NCBI GenBank assembly: GCA_964016885.1
Contig: OZ024740.1
Location: forward strand, 419,802,001 to 419,866,000
Direction of reading: 5' to 3'
Length of the DNA: 64,000 nt
Origin: Eledone cirrhosa
Taxonomy: Eukaryota
The first letter of the stretch is position 1, and every line of letters starts with the position of its first letter. Positions 12,991 through 25,734 of the stretch are shown in pieces. Below the pieces are notes generated by a model. The model did no database searches. It saw nothing but the letters and a program-made list of their open reading frames with translations, and was not told the origin of the DNA. The position numbers were made by a program, and so were the translations under genes.

Positions 12991-13214
12991 CGTAAGAGAT
13001 GGCAACATGAAAGGACCTGTTATTTTTCCCTAAAAACATTTTTTCCAATTTCGCCCCGCCTGTCCCTTCAATCTTTTTAATTTCTCATTCTTTCTTCTGA
13101 TGAAGGACTAGCGTCTGAAACGTTAAGACCTTCTTCCTGCTATTTCAAGCGTTAACCTAATATATTCATTCCATATACTGTACCGATGTGTTTTTATTTC
13201 TGTTTACCTTTTAC
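12991..13214 (+). mobile_element. Penelope-like pseudo-LTR remnant between (TA)n and (CAT)n
   Basis: Contains the ctgatgaagg..ctgaaacgtt minimal hammerhead motif; related decayed copy at ~38325-38530. Confidence 0.55.
13093..13128 (+). ncRNA. Candidate minimal type I hammerhead ribozyme
   Basis: Stem I UCUU/AAGA, core CUGAUGA, stem II GGAC-UAGC-GUCU, GAAA, palindromic ACGU stem III, GUU triplet. Confidence 0.6.
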
Positions 13215-13248
13215 ATCATCATCATCATCATCATCATCATCATGTATA

Positions 13249-14187
13249 TCTATATATATATATAAAACTGAGGATGTCTGTCTGTCTGTGTGTGTGTGAG
13301 TTTGAATCCCTAAAACTCGAGAACCACCCAACCGACTGTTTTCAAACTTTACACATGTAATACTTGTGTTTCAGGGAGTGTTCTGAGCAAAAATAATTTC
13401 GAGCTTTCACTGCCCTAGAGATCGCATTAGGCGATTTAGCGATCTCTCTCTATAATTCTTAATCTTTCTCTTTTTAGATAGATACATACATATAACATCG
13501 CACCCTTATACTATCTGTCTGTATGTCTGGCTGTCTGCATTATGTCACTTCCCTGAGGATGTCTGTCTGTGTGTGTGTGTGTGTGTCTATGAGTTTGAAT
13601 CCCTAAAACTTGAGAAGTACCCAACCGATTTTTTTCAAACTTTACATGTCTTACTTATGTTTCAGGGAGTGTTATGCACATAAAAAATTCAACTTTTTTT
13701 TATCTCCTAGGGCCAACATTAGGTGAAAAACTGCGGTTTTTAAGATTTTTAGGGATTTTTTGAGGCGTTACGTCAGACCGATTTCCTTGAAATTGTAACT
13801 ATGTATTAGTCAGTCTCTTCTTCATACCATAGGCAAAGAAAATCCAACTTTCTTATGGCCTAGGGCCTACATTAGGTGAAAAACTTCATTTTTTCAGCTT
13901 CTTATGGCTTTTTGGAGGCGTTACGTCTAGCCAATTTTCCCGAAATTTCAAGGCATATTATGCACATAAAAAAAATTCATTTTCTTGATCCCCCAGGGCC
14001 CACATTTGGTGAAAACCTGCATTTTTCCTGCTTCATCGAGGAAAATGTTAAAGATTATCCAGCCATCAGAGTATTCGGTTTATTTTCTTCACATATTGTC
14101 CAGGCATTCAGTCTTTCCACAATTAGGTCTGTTGGTGGCCCGCGTTCCAAAATACCTTATCCCGTGCAACGCCGGGTATCACTACTA

Positions 14188-14188
<1 letters not shown>
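13249..14188 (+). mobile_element. Non-autonomous Helitron
   Basis: 5' TC start, (TGTC)n near the 5' end, 3' hairpin CCCGtgcaacgcCGGG followed by CTAG, inserted between A and T; internal duplication of the 5' block at ~13553. Confidence 0.8.
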
Positions 14189-14235
<47 letters not shown>

Positions 14236-14331
14236 TATAATGTATGTGTATGTGTATTTAGGGTAGTTATTGATGGTGAATAGACTGGTTGGAAGAATAA
14301 TGATCTTATTTGCATATATATATATATATGA

Positions 14332-14638
14332 ATATAACAAAGGAATTGTGGTAAGAAACCAGATGGACCATAACGTACCAGAGTACTCAATACTTAGGGT
14401 AGTAGAGTGGGAAATAGGAAAAAGTATGACCTCGATGGCGGAGCTCAAGCCATTTCGACGGCTATTTCAGTCCAGAAATAGCCATCGAAACGGCTTGAGC
14501 TCTGCCGTCGGGGTCATACTTTTTCCTATATATATATATATATATATAGAATATATATTGTAGTCAGACAATTATAATAGACACAGAAACATATGTCTTC
14601 ACACCGACGTTATATTTTTCTTGGTGCAATACTTGCTA

Positions 14639-14675
<37 letters not shown>

Positions 14676-14887
14676 TTCATTCATTCATATATAGGAAAAA
14701 GTATGACCCCGACGGCAGAACTCAAGCCGTTTCGATGGCTATTTCTGGACTGAAATAGCCGTCGAAACGGCTTGAGCTCTGCCGTCGAGGTCATACTTTC
14801 TCCTATTTCCCACTCTACTACCCTAAGTATTGAGTACTCTGGTACGTTATGGTCCATCTGGTTCCTTACCACAACTCCTTCGTTATA
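14332..14887. mobile_element. Inverted pair of ~200-bp hairpin elements in (TA)n
   Basis: Each copy has a ~115-nt near-perfect hairpin (ataggaaaaagtatgacc..ggtcatactttttcctat) plus a unique tail; third copy at 42219-42415. Confidence 0.8.
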
Positions 14888-16159
14888 TATATATAGAGAG
14901 AGAGAGGGGGGGGTATAAAGAACGATGTGCTCAAGCACATAGATGCTATGAAACAGCTTATAGAATAGGGTGGAAACCTTTAAAAGACAAAAAAAGAAGT
15001 TGTCAGCAGCCAATGGCAACTTCTTTTTCCATCTTTTATGGGTCTTCACTCTATTTTATAAGCTGTTTCATAGCACTTGAGTACATCACCTTTATTGTAA
15101 TATAACTATTTATATTTATCACATTTAATTTAAAATATCTATTATCAATTAAATGTCTTATAAATAATATAGATTCTGTGTGTCTCATAGATTATGCCTT
15201 TGAGTCCATTCCTTAGTTAAAGTATTACATATGTAGATATTAGTGGAATAATAATATAGATTTTTTTACTGGACTTCGTTTTTGTTTTTTTTTACTTGGC
15301 AAGAATTACAAATCAAATGAAAATCTCAAGAAGTTTTGAAAATTCCAAGAAAATTATTAACAAAGTAATAATTATTTTACAGTATGTCTTGTTTAGTATA
15401 TTTTCCAATTGTCTGGAATTACAGTGTTGTTTATATGTATACATCTTCTTGTGATAAATAAGATAGAACTGCCTTGTCTTTTCTATAGTAAAATAGTAGA
15501 TAATAGCTATTGGAACTTTAAATTACGACAAAAGTTTATAGATTCAATCTCAGTTAGTCAGATAATTATATATAAATCAAAATGTTTTGTAAATAAAAAC
15601 AGTAAAGATGAGGTTTTATGTGTCTGGTCAATTTTAACTTAACACCAGTAACAACAAATTTCATAAATTTAGAATTTTACTTAATTTTTTTTTTTTTTTT
15701 CATTTAATAACACAGTGGATAGAGAGATAAATAAGATATTTGATAGTGTGTAGTATTATGCTTCAGGTTATTAAGTTGTAATCCTGTTCATGTTTACTTA
15801 GTTACAGAGACACTGGAATAAGTAACAAAAGTATATTGAAATTTTGTCTTTACAAATAAATCACTTCCAAAAAGGACTTTCTACTTTGTAAAAATGTCAT
15901 TTAACCTTTTAGTTACCAACCTAGCCAAAACCAGCTCTGCTTCTATGAAATAAAGCCATCCATTGTAAAGGTTTCCAATTCAAATCAAAATCCTCCAACA
16001 TAATTTTATAAGAACCTTACATTAAGTTACTATCGTAGTAATGAAATATTTAATAATTTTAGTAAATCCCTCAAAATTCTTCATAATTAAAATAGTGTGT
16101 ATTTCATTAAACACTAAATTTGGTTTAGCTTTGTTATTTGGATGCTTTATATGATGGTC

Positions 16160-16337
16160 AGTTGAAGAGTTCATAGGCTGACTATGAAGGAGTGATGCTA
16201 GAGCTGTGAAATCTTGCATGCTTTATTTTCAACTCTTGTTATTAAATAACTGCATTGTTTCTTTCCAGAGACTATGTTGAAAAATAAACCTCATTTGGTC
16301 ATTCCATGAGAGTATCTTGGTCAGCCTATGAACTTTT
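16160..16337. mobile_element. mariner-like MITE, 3 copies (also ~17035-17214, ~18475-18660)
   Basis: TIR gggctgaaaagttcataggctgac..gtcagcctatgaactttt. Confidence 0.7.
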
Positions 16338-16380
<43 letters not shown>

Positions 16381-16403
16381 AAATATATATATATATATAT
16401 ATA

Positions 16404-16735
16404 CACATTGCTCCAGTTTACTCAGCTGTAGAAATGAGATGATAGGACTTGGGTCCCTATCATTCCACTACAAAGTGGTCGTGGAGGTGCCACAGCAAAA
16501 AAGCACTCAGCCCACACTGTAAAGTGGTCATGTAGGCGCCACGGGAAAAAAAAAACACCCAGAACTCACTGTAAATGAGGTTGGTGTTAGGAAGGGCATC
16601 CAGCTGTAGAAATCAAGCCAGAATCAGTTCCTGTATGAGCAAGACAAGGTCAGCCGACCGGACACTGCCCACAACAGGACAACCCGTCTAACTCATGCTA
16701 GCGTGGAAGAACGGACGTAAAACGGTGATGATGAT
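16404..16735 (+). mobile_element. Headless CORE-type SINE with RTE tail
   Basis: Matches 1826-2060 and ends with catgctagcgtggaagaacggacgtaaaac(GAT)n. Confidence 0.7.
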
Positions 16736-17234
16736 ATATATAAACATCATCATTTAACATCCATCTTCCATGCTAGCATGGGTTAAACAGGTTTGTCCCA
16801 TTTAGAGGCAAGTTGGGACAGGTGACAGTGTCTCGCTCATATAGGACAGTTTCTGGCTGGTTTTCTATGGTGTGTGCTGGGTGCTTTTTACCATATCTTT
16901 TACATGACCACTTTATAGTGTGGGCTGGGTGCTTTTTGTTGTGACACCTACACGACCACTTACAGAGTGGGCTGGATGTTTTATGGAACCAACGTACCAT
17001 ACACACATATATATATATACACACACACATATAAAAGGGTGGGCTGAAAAGTTCATAGGCTGACTATGAAGGAGTGATGCTAGAGCTGTGAAATCTTGCA
17101 TGTATTAATTTCAACTCTTCTTATTAATAACAGCATTGTTTCTTTCCAGAGACTATATTGAAAAATAAACCTCATTTGGTCACTCCATGAGTGTCTTGGT
17201 CAGCTTATGAACTTTGTACATGTGTGTGTGTGTG

Positions 17235-17292
<58 letters not shown>

Positions 17293-17295
<3 letters not shown>

Positions 17296-17930
17296 TCATC
17301 ATCTTCGTTTAACGTCCATCTTCCATGCTAGCATGGGTTAGATGGGAGTTGTCCCACTTGAGGACTATCTGGCAGGTTTTCTATGGCTCGATGCCCTTCC
17401 TAACACCAACCACATTTACAGTGTGGAACTGGGAACTTTTTACCGTGTTACCTACACGGCCACATTACACTGTGGACTGTGTGTTTTTTTTGTCGTGACA
17501 CCTACACGATCTCGATCTCATTTATTTGGTACCAACTTTACAGAGAGAGGGTGGTGTTATTGGGAGTGGGAGGATAGAGTTGGGGTAGTGGGATGGGGTG
17601 TATATTTGGTTAACAGGTGCCTACTGACTGTAGGTTTCACTTTGTACATAGGCAAGGAAGGTCTTCTGTATTACTGCGTAGTGCCCAAGATCTCGGTCCA
17701 GTGACATTGTCTTAGAGAGGTGTAAGTGTGTAAGGTTGGAATTTATCAAATTGTCCCAGGTTTTTCTGGGTCTGCCTACTCCGTAACTACCATCAATTTT
17801 GATCGCCCTGCACTTTTTTATACAGCTGTCGTCTTTCATGTGCATCATGTGACCATACCAACATAGTCTTCTCTCAAGTAAACAGCATCTGATCCCTCTT
17901 ATTCCTAATTTCTCACTTAGTTCATTTATG
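17293..17930 (-). mobile_element. 5'-truncated RTE LINE (ORF C-terminus and 3' UTR)
   Basis: SINELSEKLGIRGIRCCLLERRLCWYGHMM..GRPRKTWD matches the C-terminus of 58319-61345. Confidence 0.9.
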
Positions 17931-17941
17931 CTATATATATA

Positions 17942-18098
17942 TAATATAGAAATGGCTTCTACAGGACTAGAACTGATAATTTCTCCTGAATTAAACTGTT
18001 CTAGTCCTGTAGAAGCCATTTCTATATTAAATATTTATACTCTATGTATTGAGTACCTTACATACTGTGGTTACCCCCGATTGAACCCAGGATAAACA
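17942..18098. mobile_element. Hairpin element in (TA)n, probable Penelope-type inverted end
   Basis: ~32-bp perfect arms taatatagaaatggcttctacaggactagaac and its complement, tail tattgagtacc; related copy at ~38185-38308. Confidence 0.6.
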
Positions 18099-18113
18099 TA
18101 TATATGTGCCAAT

Positions 18114-18452
18114 GGAGGCACATAGCTTAGTGGTTAGAGAATTGGCCTTGTAATCGAAAGGTTGTGAGTTCAATTCTCAGACCGGGTGATGTGTTGTTTC
18201 CTTGAGCAAGGCACTTTATTTCACATTGCTCCAGTTTACTCAGCTCTAGAAATGAGATGATAGGGACTGGGGTCGCTATCATTCCACTGAAAAGTGGCCG
18301 TGGAAGTGCCACGGAAAAAAAAAGCACGCAGCACTCACTGTAAATAAGGTTGGTGTTAGGAACAGCTTCCAACTGTAGAAATCAAACCAGAATCAGTTCC
18401 TGTCCCACCCCTTGCAAGCAGGGAAAAGCGGACGTAAAATGATGATGATGAT
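18114..18452 (+). mobile_element. Full-length CORE-type tRNA SINE with RTE tail
   Basis: Colinear with 1718-2060. Confidence 0.85.
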
Positions 18453-18693
18453 ATATATATATAATATATATATAAAGGAGGGCTAAAAAGTTCATAATAG
18501 GCTATTAAGGAATGATGCTAGAGCTGTGAAATCTTTCATGTATCAATTTCAACTCTTCTTATTAATAACTGTATGTTGTTTCTTTCCAGGGACTATGTTG
18601 AAAAATAAACCTCATTTGGTCGTTCCATGAGGGTATCTTGGTAGGCTTATAAACTTTTCAACTATTAATGCTTTTCTACTATTTTTAATGTAG

Positions 18694-18826
18694 ATGTTCT
18701 ACAGATGATGGGCCGTGCTGGAAGGCCTCAATTTGATGCTCAAGGTACTGCTGTGATATTGGTTCATGACATTAAGAAACATTTTTATAAAAGGTTTTTG
18801 TATGAACCCTTTCCTGTTGAATCGAA
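18694..18826 (+). CDS. ASCC3: Internal coding exon of activating signal cointegrator 1 complex subunit 3 (Ski2-like helicase, second cassette, motif VI)
   Basis: tag|AT GTT CTA CAG ATG ATG gives (D)[43 protein letters not shown], then AA|gtacgt donor. [19 protein letters not shown] is characteristic of ASCC3 rather than SNRNP200. Confidence 0.9.
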
Positions 18827-18878
18827 GTACGTAACTTTACCTTTTATCTGTCATCAAATAAACATTTCCTTTTCTTTT

Positions 18879-20745
18879 CATCATCATCATCATCATCATC
18901 ATTGTTTAACATCCATTTTCCATGCTAGCATGGGTTGGACGGTTCTTATTCAGCACAGCATCTCTCCACTTGTCACAGTCCTTCGTCGTCTCCACCGTGA
19001 GCTTCAGCGATCTGAGTTCTGTTCTCACCACCTCCGCCCATGTTTTTGTGGTCTACCTCTACCACGTCTTCCTTCAACTGGCATTTCCTGGCACTTCTTC
19101 ACCCATCGGTCATCCTCCATGCGCATCACATGTCCATACCACCTCAGTCTCCTCTCTCGCACACTACATTCTATCCCTCTCAGACACAGTTTCTCTCTCA
19201 ACAAATTCATGCTGGGCCATTCATGCACATCGACACTGCACATCCAACGGAGCATGCTTGCCTCATTTCTCTCCAGCCGTCGCATATTCTCTGCAGTTGC
19301 TGCCCATGTCTCACTACCATGCAGCATCACGCTCCTCACACAGGCATCATATAACCGGCCTTTTGTACGCAGGGAGAAACCCTTCTTCGTCAGCAGAGGA
19401 AGCAGCTCCCTAAACTTCTTCCAACCCGTCCTTATTCTAGATACTATGGCCCCGGAACACCCCCCTCCCATGCTAATCTGATTTCCTAGGTACCGGAAGC
19501 TATCCACCACTTCTATAGCACCCGCCTGCATTTGAAAAATGTGTCTATCAATGCGACTTCTACTGTCTAATTTCCCTGTACATCTACTGCATACGTATTT
19601 CTCCCTACCTGTTAGTTTGCCTGCTATCCCGCTACATCTCTTGTGCACCCAGGATCTGCATTGTGTGCATTTTATAGAATTTATGCCAGTTCCTTTTCTG
19701 CATATCGAACATGGCCATTTCCCTGATGGAATCATAGTTTTGTCCTCTTTTCTACTCCTCAACACTTTTGTCTTAGCTAGGTTCACTCTTAGTCCTCTTG
19801 CTTCCAACTGCTGTTTCCATAGCCAGAATTTATTCTCTAGCTCCTCTACTGATTCTGCTATAAGAACCAGATCATCAACATAGAGAAGTTCCCATGGACA
19901 GCCAGTCTTAAACTCCTCTGTTATGGCTTGGAGAACTATAATGAACAAGAGCGGGCTGAGGACCGAACCTTGATGTACTCCTACTTGTATCTGGAATTCC
20001 TCACTAAACTCCATTCCTACCCTAACTTTACTGACAGTACCTCTGTACAAAGTCTGCACTGTCCTCACAAGCCATTCCTCAACACCTAGTTTCCTTAGGG
20101 ACCACCAGATGACATATCGGAGTACTCTATCAAAGGCCTTCTCTAGGTCAACAAAGGCTAAATATAGTGGCTTATTTTTCTCTAAGAACCTCTCCTGCAA
20201 TTGTCTCACCAAGAAGAGGGTATCTGTTGTACTCTTCCCAGGCACAAAACCAAACTGCATCTCATCTAGTTTGATCCTTTCTCTAATTAGTTATGCTAAT
20301 ATCCTTTCTGTCACTTTCATAACCTGATCCAACAGTTTTATACCCCTATAATTGCTCCTCTCCAGAGCATCCCCTTTACCTTTGTAGCAATTTATGAGAA
20401 TACTGCTGCACCAGTCTTTGGGTATTACACCACCATATATAGCCTGATTGATGATGCATGCAACCAGTTTAGTGCCTACATCCCCTGATACCTTCAGCAT
20501 CTCAGCAACTATCCCTGATGGTCCAGCAACCTTACCATTTTTCATTTCCTTAATCGCCTCTTGGACCCTATATTCGTCAATCTCAATAGCTGGTCCCTCT
20601 GTCGGATCTACTGAGGGTAATTTCTCTCTCTCCCATTCGTTCTCCACATTCATCAGTCTCTCATAATGACATTTCCAGGCCTCCTTTTTCTGATCATTCG
20701 TGACACTAAGTACACCGGCATCATTCTGGACACATTTATCTCTTT
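18879..20745 (-). mobile_element. 5'-truncated, inactivated RTE LINE of a second subfamily
   Basis: RT motifs QFGF, FVDLEKAFD, GVHQGSVLSP, YVDD and Cys/His finger; in-frame TAA at 20291-20293 and a frameshift near the C-terminus; (GAT)n tail. Confidence 0.95.
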
Positions 20746-20879
20746 TGTATGTATGTGTGCGTGTGTGTATGTATGCATGTGTGTATGTGTGTGTGTGTGT
20801 ATGCATATGTGTATATGTGTGTGTGTGTGTGTATGAATACACATGAAATATGCATGAAATATATTTTCTCAGTTGCTCA

Positions 20880-21120
20880 GGTGATTCCCTAGAAGCTGTT
20901 GACAGTTTTTCTTACCTAGGTGACTTGATCTGCTCTGACAGCATAGTAGCTAGAATAAGAATGTGATGGAGGACATTCAAGGAACTAGGAATACTGTTGG
21001 TAACAAAAGGCTTCTCTCTCAAAGTGAAAGATGGACTGTATGATGTTGCATGGCAGTGGGACATGTTTTTCCACACTTGCAGGGGTTGGATGGGTCCTTT
21101 TCAGCACAGCATCTCTCCAC
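20880..21120 (+). mobile_element. Small RTE relic
   Basis: VDSFSYLGD and TKGFSLKVKDGLYD homologous to the RTE ORF. Confidence 0.7.
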
Positions 21121-21297
21121 TTGTCGTGTTCTTTCGTCATCTCCTCTTTGACTCCTCCATTATAACTACTACAGTATTCTTATCCTCACTATACCCATCA
21201 ACCCTTCCTACATTACTCCACTCCTTTTCCTTCATATAAACTCTGTTTCCTCCCACCACATGTCATACATCTTTGTTTCACCACTTAGACATAGACT

Positions 21298-24068
21298 CTC
21301 CCAAGTCTTGAGACACATGAGACAGCCAAAGTGCTCCACTGACCATGGTCAGTTACACCTATCAATACATCCCATGTCTTGAGACACACGAGACAGCTAA
21401 AGTGCTCCAATGACCATGGTCAGTTACATCTATCAATACATCCCATGTCTTGAGACACACGAGACAGCTAAAGTGCTCCAATGACCATGGTCAGTTACAC
21501 CTATCAATACATCCCATGTCTTGAGACACATGAGACAGCCAAAGTGCTCCACTGACCACGGTCAGTTACATCTATCAATACATCCCACATCTTGAGACAC
21601 ATGGGACAGCCAAAGTGCTCCAATGACCACGGTCAGTTACATCTATCAATACATCCCACATCTTGAGACACATGAGACAGCCAAAGTGTTCCAATGACCA
21701 CAGTCAGTTACATCTATCAATACATCCCAAATCTTGAGACACATGAGACAGCCAAAGTGCTCCAATGACCACGGTCAGTTACATCTATCAATACATCCCA
21801 AATCTTGAGACACATGAGACAGCCAAAGTGCTCCAATGACCATGGTCAGTTACATCTATCAATACATCCCAAATCTTGAGACACACGAGACAGCCAAAGT
21901 GTTCCAATGACCATGGTCAGTTACATCTATCAATACATCCCACATCTTGAGACACATGAGGCAGCCAAAGTGTTCCATTGACCATGGTCAGTTACATCTA
22001 TCAATACATCCCATGTCTTGAGACACTCGAGACAGCCAAAGTGCTCCACTGACCATGGTCAATTACACCTATCAATACATCCCATGTCTTGAGACACACG
22101 AGACAGCCAAAGTGCTCCAATGACCACAGTCAGTTACATCTATCAATACATCCCATGTCTTGAGACACATGAGACAGCCAAAGTGCTCCACTGACCATGG
22201 TCAGTTGCATCTATCAATACATCCCAAATCTTGAGACACACGAGACAGCCAAAGTGCTCCACTGACCATGGTCAGTTACACCTATCAATACATCCCAAAT
22301 CTTGAGACACACGAGACAGCCAAAGTGCTCCACTGACCACGGTCAATTACACCTATCAATACATCCCAAATCTTGAGACACACGAGACAGCCAAAGTGCT
22401 CCACTGACCACGGTCAATTACACCTATCAATACATCCCAAATCTTGAGACACACGAGACAGCCAAAGTGCTCCACTGACCATGGTCAGTTACATCTATCA
22501 ATACATCCCACATCTTGAGACACACGAGACAGCCAAAGTGCTCCATTGACCACGGTCAGTTACACCTATCAATACATCCCATGTCTTGAGACACTCGAGA
22601 CAGCCAAAGTGCTCCACTGACCATGGTCAGTTACACCTATCAATACATCCCATGTCTTGAGACACACGAGACAGCCAAAGTGCTCCACTGACCATGGTCA
22701 GTTACATCTATCAATACATCCCACATCTTGAGACACACGAGACAGCCAAAGTGTTCCAATGACCATGGTCAGTTACATCTATCAATACATCCCACATCTT
22801 GAGACACATGAGACAGCCAAAGTGCTCCAATGACCACGGTCAGTTACATCTATCAATACATCCCACATCTTGAGACACATGAGACAGCCAAAGTGCTCCA
22901 ATGACCACAGTCAGTTACATCTATCAATACATCCCACATCTTGAGACACATGAGACAGCCAAAGTGCTCCACTGACCATGGTCAGTTACATCTATCAATA
23001 CATCCCACATCTTGAGACACATGAGGCAGCCAAAGTGTTCCAATGACCACGGTCAGTTACATCTATCAATACATCCCACATCTTGAGACACATGAGACAG
23101 CCAAAGTGCTCCAATGACCATGGTCAGTTACATCTATCAATACATCCCACATCTTGAGACACATGAGACAGCCAAAGTGCTCCAATGACCATGGTCAGTT
23201 ACATCTATCAATACATCCCACATCTTGAGACACATGAGACAGCCAAAGTGTTCCAATGACCATGGTCAGTTACATCTATCAATACATCCCACATCTTGAG
23301 ACACATGAGACAGCCAAAGTGCTCCAATGACCATGGTCAGTTACATCTATCAATACATCCCACATCTTGAGACACATGAGACAGCCAAAGTGCTCCAATG
23401 ACCATGGTCAGTTACATCTATCAATACATCCCACATCTTGAGACACATGAGACAGCCAAAGTGCTCCAATGACCATGGTCAGTTACATCTATCAATACAT
23501 CCCACATCTTGAGACACATGAGACAGCCAAAGTGTTCCAATGACCATGGTCAGTTACATCTATCAATACATCCCATGTCTTGAGACACATGAGACAGCCA
23601 AAGTGTTCCAATGACCACAGTCAGTTACACCTATCAATACATCCCACATCTTGAGACACATGAGACAGCCAAAGTGCTCCAATGACCATGGTCAGTTACA
23701 TCTATCAATACATCCCACATCTTGAGACACATGAGACAGCCAAAGTGTTCCATTGACCATGGTCAGTTACACCTATCAATACATCCCATGTCTTGAGACA
23801 CATGAGACAGCCAAAGTGCTCCAATGACCACAGTCAGTTACACCTATCAATACATCCCATGTCTTGAGACACATGAGACAGCCAAAGTGTTCCAATGACC
23901 ATGGTCAGTTACATCTATCAATACATCCCATGTCTTGAGACACATGAGACAGCCAAAGTGCTCCAATGACCACAGTCAGTTACACCTATCAATACATCCC
24001 ATGTCTTGAGACACATGAGACAGCCAAAGTGTTCCAATGACCATGGTCAGTTACACTTATCAATACAT
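21298..24068. repeat. Minisatellite, 71-bp unit, ~39 copies
   Basis: gagacacatgagacagccaaagtgctccaatgaccatggtcagttacatctatcaatacatcccacatctt. Confidence 0.95.
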
Positions 24069-24802
24069 TGTCCCAACTTTTGTTGATAGGTTTCAGGTCT
24101 CTGTCAATTGTCTGCCACTAGTTCATCTTGGGACGTCCTCTTCACCCCTTTCAATTTTCCTTCTATTCTTACTCTTGAACACATGTTGCCTAGCAACATG
24201 ACACCATCCCCAGTATTAGTACCACTATAAAATATCCTTAAGATACTCTGTAAAGTAGATGACATTCAGTCGGTAATAAAAGCAACAACATAGTGTAGAG
24301 CAGTCTCTTCAGTTAACTCAATGACCTGACAACCTTTTATGTTGGTGCCACAAAAAAATTTCACCTGGTGGCCTCTGTAAAGTGGTTGGTGTGAGGAAGG
24401 TCATCTAACTACAGAAACCCTTCCAAATAGCGTTGATAGGACCCTTTAATTATACCATGGACATGATAACTTCCCTAGTGCTGGCACTACAATAAAATAC
24501 ACCAAGTGCACTCTGTAAAGTTGTAGGTATTAAGAAGGCATCCATCTACAGAAACCCCTCCAAATAGGTTTGTTAGGACCCTTTAATTACATCACAGACA
24601 TAACTTCCTGGTGTTGGCACTGCAGTAAAATACACCAGGTGCACTCTGTAAAGTGATTAGTATCAGTCATCATAGAAATATAGATATAGTGTGTGTGATC
24701 TTGTCTTTTGTGTACAGGAAAAAAATGGAATCCTGGTCCTTTCTTTACACTCTGTTGGCCATCATTGTAGACAGAAACAGAAGAGTTGCTTGTTGTTAAT
24801 AC

Positions 24803-25295
24803 TTATCTCCCCCTCTCACTCATCTCTCCCACTCTCTCTCTCATCTCCCCCACTCTCTCTCTCATCTCCCCCACTCTCTCTCTCATCTCCCCCACTCTTT
24901 CTCATCTCTCCCACTCTCTCTCATCTCTCCCACTCTCTCTCATCTCTCCCACTCTCTCTCATCTCTCCCACTCTCTCTCATCTCTCCCACTCTCTCTTCC
25001 TCCACTCTATCTCTCTCCTTCTCTCTCATGCCCTCCCTCTCTCTCAAAGTATCTGCCTCCCTCTCTTTCTCTCTCTCACTCATCTCTCTCCCCTCTTTCT
25101 CAACATTGTCTCACCTGCCCCCTCCCTTTCTCATTCCCCTTCCACTCCTCTCTCTCCCCCTCTCCACTCCTCCCCCTCTCTCTCTCCACTCCTCCCCCTC
25201 TCTCTCTCCACTCCCCCTCTCTCTCTCTCCACTCCCCATCTCTCTCCCCCACCCCCTCTCTCCACTCCCCCCTCTCTCCACTCCCCCCTCTCTCT
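24803..25295. repeat. Polypyrimidine (CT-rich) low-complexity tract
   Basis: Direct reading. Confidence 0.9.
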
Positions 25296-25438
25296 AGTCA
25301 AAGCTGTAGGAGACAAGACAGTCCTTTGATCTTTTATACAAGCTAACTATGACATCAAGTCCCTTCATACCATTTACTTTATTTACTACATCACTGGCTT
25401 CTTCCCAGCAATCCTTCTTCTCACCTCTCTCCTCTCTC

Positions 25439-25638
25439 NNNNNNNNNNNNNNNNNNNNNNNNNNNNNNNNNNNNNNNNNNNNNNNNNNNNNNNNNNNNNN
25501 NNNNNNNNNNNNNNNNNNNNNNNNNNNNNNNNNNNNNNNNNNNNNNNNNNNNNNNNNNNNNNNNNNNNNNNNNNNNNNNNNNNNNNNNNNNNNNNNNNNN
25601 NNNNNNNNNNNNNNNNNNNNNNNNNNNNNNNNNNNNNN
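25439..25638. other. Assembly gap (200 N)
   Basis: Run of N. Confidence 1.
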
Positions 25639-25734
25639 TGGGTTAGATGAGTTGCCCCGTTGTGAGACAAGCCAGGTCCAATGACTTTATTTTGCTCATA
25701 CAGAACTGGTTTGGGTTGGTTCCTAACACCAACC

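Noticed and set aside
18705-19481. 258-aa ORF appearing to fuse a helicase motif, poly-His and novel sequence
   Set aside because: Read-through past the ASCC3 splice donor into a (CAT)n tail and the antisense strand of an RTE
21298-24068. CRISPR-like regular array (also 40221-41316, 53668-54475)
   Set aside because: Units are head-to-tail with no unique spacers, there are no cas genes, and the context is eukaryotic
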